Source: Chiloscyllium plagiosum (lineage: Eukaryota). From it: DNA of 20,000 nt. Position 1 is the stretch's first letter. Each line of letters starts with the position of its first letter. The DNA is taken from NCBI RefSeq assembly GCF_004010195.1, contig NC_057718.1, positions 55,729,705 through 55,749,704 of the forward strand. The letters are read 5' to 3'. Position numbers and translations under genes: made by a program. Of the stretch, positions 11,305-20,000 are shown piece after piece. Below the pieces are notes generated by a model. The model saw nothing but the letters and a program-made list of their open reading frames with translations, searched no databases and was not told where the DNA came from.

Positions 11305-11523
11305 GAGACAAAAAAGCTGCAGATTCTGGAATCAAAATTAGGCAGGCAGGTGGTTGGAAGAACACAGGAGGCCATGCAGCAGGAGGTGGAGAAGTCAAGG
11401 CTTCGGTTGTAACCTTTCTTCAGAACTGGAGGGGGATCCTGAAGAAGCGTTACACCTGAAGTGTTGACTTGTCCACCTCCTGATGCTACCAGGTCTGTGT
11501 TCTTCCAACCTACTGCCTGTCCA
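11305..11523 (-). mobile_element. Palindromic Penelope-pLTR-like element (second subfamily) with degenerate hammerhead cores and 16-bp TSD
   Basis: Imperfect inverted arms 11341-11425 and 11437-11522 plus an unpaired 36-nt tail at 11305-11340. Flanks are ATTTGGATGCTGGAAG (11289-11304) and ATTTGGGTGCTGGAAG (11524-11539). The core is CTGAAGAAGCGTTACACCTGAAG. Confidence 0.85.
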
Positions 11524-11551
11524 ATTTGGGTGCTGGAAGCCTGCCCTCAGG

Positions 11552-12102
11552 TATGGGTTTAGACAGAGTGAATAGGAAGGCCCTGTTCCTTAGTTGAGGT
11601 GTCACAACTGGGGCATACATTTGGAAGTGCAGGTCATTCTATAACATGGCAGTTGTGTTCCTCTGCAACCTCGCACGACTGAAAATCATGCTGTGGAAAC
11701 CTACTACAGAAATTCATGCCGGGACAGATCGCTATACCTGTTGAATAGAAAGTTTGCATTCTCCAAACAATGTCCACAATTCATCAATCATCTTATAGCC
11801 AATTCACACTAATGAAACATGCGTTATAGCAGAACAGTCTGTAGCTGTTTGGAGGGAGTTTGAGGAAAATATTTTTCACCCTGAGGGTGGAAACCTGGAA
11901 CTCACTGTCTGGAAGGATGACAGAGGCAGAAAACACTTACAAAATACTTGGACAGGACCTTGAAGTATGGAAACCTGTATGACTATGGACCATTTGCAGT
12001 AAAATGGGATTGAGCTGGCTGGCTCCTTGCCAGTTGGTTGAACCATAGTAGGCCAAAAGCTTTCCTATCATGTTGTAACTTTCAATGATTCTATTTCTAT
12101 GA
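11552..12102 (+). mobile_element. Old CR1 LINE 3' fragment, interrupted by a MITE
   Basis: GGTTTAGACAGAGTGAATAGGAAGGCCCTGTTCC...ACTGGGGCAT resumes after 11843 with TTTTTCACCCTGAGGGTGG...CTGGAACTCACTGTCT and ends in an ATGATTCTATTTCTATGA tail. Confidence 0.75.
11630..11841. mobile_element. Tc1/mariner (Tigger/pogo-like) MITE
   Basis: Imperfect TIRs: left CAGGTCATTCTATAACATG versus right (reverse complement) CAGACTGTTCTGCTATAACGCATG. It is flanked by TG and TA (presumed decayed TA TSD) and cleanly interrupts a CR1. Confidence 0.65.
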
Positions 12103-12104
12103 AA

Positions 12105-12596
12105 TCAGCCTGATTGACAGGCTTAGCTTTTATGCATAATGGGGAACTAGTAAATGTACTATGCTTAGATTTTCAGAAGGCATTTGATATGGTAACACAT
12201 CAAAGTTTATTGCAGAAAGTTGGTGTATGTTATTAAAGTTATGTTACATCATTGCTCATGGTGTAGGGAGCAACCTACTGGCATGGATAAGAGATTGGCT
12301 AGCTAAAACGAAACTGATCCGGCAAAAATGGATCACTTTCTGGTTGTTGCCTAGTAACCCACAAAGATCAGTGCTAGAGTCTCAAGTCTTCACAATTTAT
12401 ATGAATGATTTATTTGGATGACAGGACTGAAGTTTTACTTGATAAATTTACTGATTACACAAAGTTAAGTTAGGAAAGTAAGTTGTGAAGAGAACATGAG
12501 GATACAAAAGAAAATAGATAGGTTAGGTGATTTGGCAAAGATCTGACAAAATATAATGTGGGAAAATATGAAATTGTCCATTTTGGCAAGAGTAAT
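12105..12596 (+). mobile_element. Degenerate internal CR1 reverse-transcriptase fragment
   Basis: Contains GELVNVLCLDFQKAFDMVTH, AHGVGSNLLAWIRDWL, PQRSVLESQVFTIYMNDL, KFTDYTK (decayed KFADDTK) and YEIVHFG. Confidence 0.85.
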
Positions 12597-12851
12597 TGTT
12601 ACAACTCTGACAGGAATTCCATGTAAATCAAGCCCACCAAACCACTGGTCATATTAGAAATGTGAATGTCTTAATCACCAAAATGATTAATTTAATTTTC
12701 TATTCTGGACCAAAAGGGACTTCCACCAGTCTTCTTCAATAAACCCAAAAATACCATGTTTATTAAAGGCAAAATACATTCTTCCAATTAGTGGCAAAAC
12801 TGATTATTAACTAAGCTGCGATGCAGAATTAAACTATATTCCCTTTTATCC

Positions 12852-13290
12852 CTATAGGGAGAGACTGAACAGGCTGGGGCTGTTTTCCCTGGAGCGTCGG
12901 AGGCTGAGGGGTGACCTTATAGAGGTTTACAAAATTATGAGGGACATGAATAGGGTAAATAGACAAAGTCTTTTCCCTGGGGTTGGGGAGTCCAGAACTA
13001 GAGGGCATAAGTTTAGGGTGAGAGGGGAAAGATATAAAAGAAACTTAAGGGGCAACTTTTTCGCACAGAGAGTGGTACATGTATGGAATGAGCTACCAGA
13101 GGAAGTGGTGGAGGCTGGTACAATTGCAACATTTAAGAGGCATTTTGGCTGGGTATATGAACAGGAAGGGTTTGGAGGGATATGGGCTAGGTGCTGGCAG
13201 GTAGGACTAGATTGGGTTGTGATATTTGGTTGGCATGGACGGGTTGGACCGAAGGGTCTGTTTCCATGCTGTACATCTCTGACATTATGA
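12852..13290 (+). mobile_element. CR1 (HER1-type) LINE, 5'-truncated 3' end
   Basis: Reads YRERLNRLGLFSLERRRLRGDLIEVYKIMR...SRTRGHKF...NFFAQRVVHVWNELPEEVV, with a 3' UTR like the copies at 1274 and 4454. Confidence 0.95.
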
Positions 13291-14629
13291 GATACACATT
13301 CATATATGGACAAGACAAGGTGACATAGCTCTGCAGGTTATTATGGATGGGAAAAAGTAGGCAAAATTGAATTGAATTGAATTTATTGTCATGTGTACCG
13401 AGGCACAGTGAAAAGTTTTGCTTTGTGAGCAATACAGGCAGATCACAGAGTTAAGTAGCATAGATAAGTAAGTAATAAGTAACAACGGCAAAAACAAAAA
13501 CACAGGTGCAGGTGAATGTTAAGAGTTTGTGAGTCCATTCAGTATTCTAACAACAGTAGGGCAGAAACTGTTATGAAACCGGCTTGTGTGTGTGTTCAGG
13601 CTTCTGTACCTTCCCCATGATGGTAGAGGTTGTAGAAAAGCATTGCCAGGGTGGGATGGATCTTTGAGAATGTTGGCGGCCTTTCCTTGACAGCGGGCCT
13701 GGTAGATAGAGTCTGTCGATTGGAGGTTGGCCTTTATGATTGACCAGGCCTAGTTCACCACACTCTGTAACCGTCTCCAATCTTGAATGGTACAGTTCCC
13801 ATACCAGGTAGTGATACATCCAGACAGAATGCTCTCGCTGGCGCACCTATAAAAGTCAGCAAGGATATTCATCATCATGCCAAATATCCTCAGTTACCTG
13901 AGGAAGAAGAGATGTTGTTGGGCCTTTGTAACCAGTGCGTCCACATGAAGAGTTCAAGAAAGCTTGACACTCTCCAATTGTTCCACCTCTGTGCTGTTAA
14001 TGTGTTGGGGGGAGGGGGGGCAGGTGGGTGGGGCATGATTAACATCCCACCGAAAGTCAATGATGAGTTCCTTGGTTTTGCTGGCATTGAGAGCTAGGTT
14101 GTTCTCAGTGCACCATTTTTCCAGGTCTTCCAACTCCTGTCTGTAGTCTGTTTCATCGCCATCTGAGATACGACCGACTATAGTGGTGTCATCAGCGAAC
14201 TTGTAAATGGCATTAATTTGGTATTTGGCGACGCAGTCATGGGTATGCAGTGAGTACAGTAGGGGGCTGAGTACGCATTCCTGGGGGGCTCCAGTGTTGA
14301 GTGTTAGTGAGGATGAAATATTGTCCCCAATCTTCACTGAAAGTGGCCTGTGGGTCAGGAAACTGACGATCCAGTTGCAGACAGTGGGGCTTAGTCCGAG
14401 ATCACTAAGTTTAGTAATCAGTCTCGAGAGGATAATAGCGTTGAAGGCTGAACTGTAGTCAATAAGTAGGATTCTTACGTAGCAGTTCTTGGTGTCAAGA
14501 TGTTCTAAGGAGGAGTGAAGGGCAAGTGATATAGCATCTGACGTGGATCTGTTGGTCCAATAGGCAAATTGGAATGTGTTGAAACTTTATTGCTGGAACA
14601 GCACAGCAGGTCAGGCAGCATCCAGGGAA

Positions 14630-14676
14630 CAGGAGATTCGACGTTTCGGGCACAGGCCCTTCTTCAGGAATTCCTG
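14630..14676 (-). ncRNA. Putative minimal type I hammerhead ribozyme (PLE-type)
   Basis: The minus strand reads CAGGAATTC-CTGAAGA-A-GGGC CTGT GCCC-GAAA-CGTC-GAATCTCCTG. This gives a CUGANGA/GAAA core, a 4-bp stem II, palindromic ACGT in place of stem III, a GUC cleavage triplet and a 9-bp stem I with one bulge. Confidence 0.7.
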
Positions 14677-14711
14677 AAGAAGGGCCTGTGCCCGAAACAT
14701 CGAATCTCCTG
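14665..14711 (+). ncRNA. Putative hammerhead ribozyme, mirror copy with one substitution
   Basis: Same motif on the + strand but GAAACATC instead of GAAACGTC (G>A at 14699). Confidence 0.55.
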
Positions 14712-17024
14712 TTCCCTGGATGCTGCCTGACCTGCTGTGCTGTTCCAGCAATAAAGTTTCAACTTTGATCTCCAGCATCTGCAGACCTCACTTTCTCCCC
14801 AAATTGGAATGTGTCAAGAGTAGTGGGGAGGCTGTAGTTGATTAATGCCATGACCAGCCTTTCAAAGAACTTCATGATCACCGAAGTTAGGGCCACTGGG
14901 CTTCATCATTGAGACATGCTGCATGAGCCTTCTTAGGCACAGGGATGATGTTGGCACTTTTAAAACAGGCAGGGATAGTGGCCTGCTGCAGGGAGAGGTT
15001 GAAGATGTTTGAGAAGACCTCTGCCAGTTGATCTGCACATGCTCTGAGTGCACGGCCTGGAACTCAGTCTGGTCCCATCGCTTTCCTTGGATTCACACGA
15101 AGGAAAACTGATCTGACCTCTGATGCAGTGATTGTTGGGAGAGGTTCGTCAGGACTTGTTGGAATAGGTGTTACCTTTCCACCTAAATTGTGCTCAAAGC
15201 GAGCTTAGAAGGCTTTGAGACGATCTAGGAGGGATGTGCCATCATTTGCTATTTTGCACTGTTTTTTTAGGACCTGTGATGACATTCAGTCCTTGCCATA
15301 GTTGCCGGGTGTCTGTTTGGGTCTCTAGTTTGGATTGGTATTGGTCCTTGACTGTCTTAATGGCTCTGAGAAGGTCATACTTGGATTACTTATATTTGAG
15401 TGGGTCTGAAGGCCTCACGCCTGGTTTTTAGCAGGTTCTGTATGTCCTGATTCATCCAGGGTTTCCTGTTGGGGAACACATGGATTGACTCCTTCAGTAT
15501 GCAGTCCTGCACACACTTGCTGACAGAGTCTGTGACGGTGGTGACGTACTCGTCCAAGATACCTGCGGACAGTTTTAACATGGTCCAATCAACCGATTCC
15601 AGACAGCACTGGAGTTAATCCTCTGCCTCCTCCAACCAGCGCTGGATCTGTATCTGCGAGGATGTCTCCTGCTTGAGCTCTTGCCTATAAGCCAGGAGAA
15701 GAAGCACGGCATTGTGATCAGTGCTCCCGAAATGAGGGCGGTGGATGGAGTGGTAGGCATTCTTCACAATGATGTAGCAGTGGTCTAAAATGTTCGGGCT
15801 CCTGCTGGAGCAGGTAATGTTCTGCTGGTACTTGGACAATATCTTCCTTAGATTGGCTTGATTGAAGTCGCCACACAACAAACAAGACCTCGAGGTTTTC
15901 TGTCTCCAGGGCATTCGTGGTGGAGTACAGCACATTCAGAGCTTCCTCAACCTTTGCTTGTGGTGGTATGTACACAGCAGTTAGTATAGCAGCGGTAAAT
16001 TCCTGTGGTAGATAGAAAGGGCGGCATTTGATGGTGAGGAGTTCAAGGTTTGGGGAGCAATGGCTGCCCAGGATTGCAATGTCCATGCACCACATGTTGT
16101 TGATTAAAAAGCAAACCCCTCCCCCCTTTTGTCTTACCCGAGGATTCTGTGCGGTCCATACAATGGATAGAAAAACCATCATCCTGAAGTATGCAGTCGG
16201 GAATAGATGAGTTGAGCCAGGTTTCTGTGAAGCAGAGTGCACAGCAGTCCTGCAATTCACGCTGGAAGCTGAGCCGTGATCGAGTTTGTCCATCTTGTTC
16301 TCTGGAGATTATATGTTTGCTAGAAGTAAGCGAGGAAGGGGAGGTGGTCTTGAAGCCGCATAGTCTCAGTGGAAATGGAAAGTGCCCTTGTTGGTCAAGG
16401 ATTCAAATGCAGAATAGATTGACTTCTCATAGTTCCTTAAAGTCCCTGACAACAAAATCCAATTGCTGTTGGTCACAAAACAATGGAAGATCTTCAGACC
16501 AGATTTTAGTTTCAGTGATGAATAGTTAGGAAACCTGATATTTAAAACTTTTTGGATTCACAAATACTTTAGCGAGATATCTCTTCAGCTGGTTTTCTTT
16601 AAGAGTATCCTTTACCTGTAGAGCAAGAGAGTTACAAGACTGCTACCTTGTAAACCTATCCACAATTGCCAGCAGCTTTTTAACTGCCACTTTTCAGCTA
16701 GGAAGTTCTTTTCCAACTCTCACGTCTGTGGCAAATCAGAAACCAAAAGCTAAATTTTACCAGTAGACAGCTAACTGTCAATTTCAGGACATTTCAAAGA
16801 GAGTTTGTGTCCATGATCTTGACTGAGTTATGTTATGAAATCGTCTGCTGCTCAAAGGTACTGTGCTCACACAATCGTACACTCACCATTGGCAGAAGTA
16901 CTCATTGCTACTGGGACCTTCTCGTATTAATGCCCTCAGTGCTATATTTAAAGCCCTGCTGTGCACTAGGTCAAATGCTGCCAACTAGGGATAGCTCTTC
17001 ACAGTATGCATAGTGGGAGGGAAT

Positions 17025-19692
17025 AGGTACCAGCAACGGGAGCTGGTCATTCAGCTTGTTGACCCTGCATTACCATTTAACATGATTGTGGCTGATAAAA
17101 ACATTTCAGTGCCTTTAACTACCCCATCTCCATAATTCTCTATTGGTAAAAAGAAATGTATCTGCCTTAAAAAAACCCCAAAGATTGAGCACCCACAGAC
17201 CTCTCTGGTAGAGACCTCCAAAGGTCCACAAGCCTTGTAGTAAAAAATATTTCCCCTCATCTCAGACCAAAGTGGTATCCCTGGATTTTCAAATTCTCCC
17301 CCCGGTTCTTGACTCCCAGGGGAAATATTATACCTGCATCAACACTATTCAGTATTTTATAAGTTTCAATGAGATCACCTCTCATTCTTCAAAATCTTCA
17401 GAGAATACAGGCCAGGTTAACTCTATCTCTGTTCATAGGACAGTCCAGCCATTCTGGGGAAATGTCTGATTAACTTTCATTTCACTTTTTCCATGGCGAT
17501 GATATCTTTTCTGTGATGAGGAGACCTCAGCTGCACACTGTATTCCAGGTGCAGTCTAACCAAGCTCCTGTACAATTGAAGTAAGACATTACCACTCCTG
17601 TACTCCAGTCCTCTTGTAATAAGGGCTAGCATTGCATTCGTCTTCTTTATAGCTTGTTGCATCTGCCTATTAGCCTTCAGTGACTTATCAAGTACACCAA
17701 GACTGCTTTATGTATGTACATTCCTGGCTTTTTACCATTTAAAAAATACTCTGCACATCTGTTCTTTCACCAAAGTGGATAACCTCACATATTTCCACGT
17801 TATGTTCCATCTATCATATTTTTATCCATTCTCTAAGCTTGTCCAAATCCTCCTGAAGCCACTTTAAATATTCCTCAGAGCTCTCTTACTTGACATTGTA
17901 TTATCCACAAAATTGGTAGTATTACACTCCAAATCATTGATAAATATTGTGACCAACTGCAACCCAAATGTTGGTCCATGTAGAATGTCACCAGCGATAA
18001 CCTACCAACACAAGAATGACTCATTTATTCCTACTCTCTCTTTCTATCTGTTAGTTAATCATTAATCCATGCCAATACATTACATCCAATCCCATGTGTT
18101 TTAATTTTTCTAACCAACTTCCTGAATGGGACTTTATTAAAAGACTTTGGCTGTCCTTTATCAATATACTTAGTAACATCTTCAAAGAAATTTAAACAAG
18201 TTCGTCAAACAAGATTTCTCTTTCCCAAATCCATGTTGACTATGCTGAATCAAGCCATTATTATCCAAATTTATCAAACCCTTTATAACAGATTCTCGCA
18301 ATTTTGCTACTATTGGTGGGAGGCTATCGGGTCTGTAGTTCCCTGTTTTGTCTCTTGCTCATTTCTAACATTGTGGGGTAACTATTATTACCTGCCAGTC
18401 TGCAGGAAACATTCCAGAATCTATAGAATTTCGAAAGATAATCACCAATGCCTCAACTATCTTCATAACCACCTTCCTCTAACCTCTGGGATGTAGAATA
18501 TCAGGTTCTGCGGATTAAACGACTTCCGATACCATTAATTTCTCCTGTGCAATCTTCTTATTAATTACATTCAACTCCTCATTCTCCGTAGTCACTTGGA
18601 TCTTTGTTTCTCTAGATTTTTTGCATCTTCCTATGCTGAAAGCAAGCAAAATATAATCATTCAGTTTTCTTTCATTTCCGTATTGCTCAGTATAAATTCT
18701 CCTGACCCTGCCTGTAATGGACCACTTCTGTTGTAGCCGAATATGTTTTTACATACCTATAGAAGCTTTCTTTTTATTTTTTGCTTTATTGCCATCATAT
18801 TTTATCTCCTTTTCCTTATCAATTTCTTCATTTTCCTTTGCTGTATTCTAAAAACCTCCTAATCATCAGTTTTACTGACATTTCTGGCAATAATATGTAT
18901 ATATTCGTATATAGAAAATTTATGTCTTTTTCTTTTAATCTTATGCAACTCTGAACTTCTTTTGTGAGTCATGGTTGATTGACCTCCTTTGAGATTTTGC
19001 ATTTTGAAGAAATGTATAGTTGCTCTAAGTCATGTAACAGTTCTTTAAAGATTATCCATTGTATAGTCATGCTTATTAAAGTATTTTCCCAACCCACCTT
19101 TGTCAATTTACACCTCAAGTCTTTGTAACTTCCCTTATCTAAATTTAACACTCTTCTTTCACATTGAACTAATTCACTTCCACACTTAATGTAAAATTCT
19201 CTTATTTTGTGGTCATTCATCCCTGAAAGTTCTCATGCAACAAGATTGTTACTTAGCCCTGTTTCAAAATATAATATAGATCTTAACTACCATGTACTCT
19301 AGTTTGCTCCTCAGCATACTGCTCGAGAAAACAGTCCCAAATGGACACGAGAAATCCTCCATAGCATTAGTGCACAATTGATTTACCCAGTCAATACGCA
19401 GGTTAATGAACTGTCATGAAGCATGTGGCATGTTTCTTTCATTTCTTGATTAATACCATGTCCCACACTACAATTACAGTTTGTGACCTGTAAGTAATTC
19501 CAACCAATGTCTGCTTCACTTTGCAGTTCTTCGCTTCACTCAAATAGATTCCACACATTGTTCTTCCAATCTGAGTTCCTCCCTTCCGAATGTACTGATC
19601 CCATCCCTATTCTCAGTGCAATTTCGTCTCTTTTTCTTTCTTGTCTATCCTTCCCAAATGTCGAATATACTTGAGCACTTAGGTTCCAGTCC
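17025..19692 (-). mobile_element. Long, heavily decayed CR1 LINE (APE through RT to 3' UTR)
   Basis: Minus-strand remnants QDWNLSAQVYSTFGKD (APE start, about 19690), NDHKIREF and VLNLDKGSYKDLR, QQAIKKTNAMLALITRGLEYRS...LYRSLVRLHLEYSVQ, MRGNIFY. A CR1-type 3' tail lies near 17030-17095. Confidence 0.85.
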
Positions 19693-19694
19693 TG

Positions 19695-19783
19695 GACACC
19701 ATATAAACAGGGAGCAAGAGTAGGCCATTTGACTCATTGAGCCTGCTCCACTATTTCGTATGATCATGGCTGAATTGATTTTA
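19695..19783 (-). repeat. CR1 LINE 3'-tail fragment, cut by a Penelope-like insertion
   Basis: GGAGCAAGAGTAGGCCATTTGACTCATTGAGCCTGCTCCACTATTTCGTATGATCATGGCTGA. Confidence 0.75.
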
Positions 19784-20000
19784 GCTGAAAAATGTGTTGC
19801 TGGAAAAGCGCAGCTGGTCAGGCAGCATCCAAGGAGCAGAAGAACCGAGATTTCGGGCATAAGCCCTTCTTCAGGAATGAGGAGGGTGTGCCAAGCAGGC
19901 TAAGATAAAAGGTAGGGAGGAGGAGCTTGGGGGAGGGGCGTTGGGAATGTGATAAGTGGAAGGAGGTTAAGGTGAGGGTGATAGGCCGGAGAGAGGGTGG
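19784..20000 (-). mobile_element. Penelope-like element pLTR with hammerhead core, continuing beyond the window end
   Basis: 19784-19878 is homologous to 14578-14670. The minus-strand core is ATTC-CTGAAGA-A-GGGC TTAT GCCC-GAAA-TCTC-GGTT. It continues into a purine-rich (+ strand) segment not present in the short copies. Confidence 0.85.

Larger units (their letters stand above)
14580..14799 (+). mobile_element. Young palindromic Penelope-pLTR-like element with perfect 15-bp TSD, nested in Rex1
   Basis: 93-bp inverted arms 14578-14670 and 14671-14763 with one mismatch (14699), and a 36-nt tail at 14764-14799. TSD CAAATTGGAATGTGT lies at 14565-14579 and 14800-14814. Confidence 0.93.
13365..16360 (-). 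mobile_element. Rex1/Babar non-LTR retrotransposon with nearly complete but frameshifted APE-RT ORF
   Basis: Endonuclease motifs PPLPRLLLANI, CALCFTETWL, KCRPFYLPQEF, AVYIPP, GDFNQANL, ILDHCY, FGSTDH. RT motifs [17 protein letters not shown] and [28 protein letters not shown]. It has a (TTCAA)n tail at 13365-13382 and multiple stops and frameshifts. Confidence 0.95.

Noticed and set aside
14578..14763. Palindrome as a miRNA precursor, DNA-transposon MITE, terminator or cloning artefact at an EcoRI site
   Set aside because: The 15-bp TSD, asymmetric tail, hammerhead cores and homologous copies in the window point to a Penelope-type origin. The GAATTC arises from fold-back at ATTC.

Overview
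Eukaryotic, repeat-dense genomic DNA, very likely from a cartilaginous fish (shark), judged from its HER1-type CR1 LINEs, SacSINE1/DeuSINE-like SINE, Rex1/Babar LINEs and Penelope-type repeats. The only recognisable host coding sequence is one 107-bp + strand exon (9623-9729) whose peptide resembles EML6, so the window is probably intronic. The rest is mostly layered transposon fossils: several CR1-group LINE copies, two Rex1/Babar LINEs (one with nearly complete APE-RT ORF2), a decayed Harbinger/PIF DDE transposase that is only visible by stitching frames, a Tigger-like MITE and a Penelope GIY-YIG fragment. The most striking feature is a set of four short Penelope-pLTR-like elements carrying hammerhead-ribozyme cores. 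Three have 14-16 bp target-site duplications. One is a 186-bp palindrome with a single mismatch (14578-14763), with a hammerhead motif on each strand. There is a 309-N assembly gap at 1603-1911. All family assignments are from recalled motifs, not database searches.
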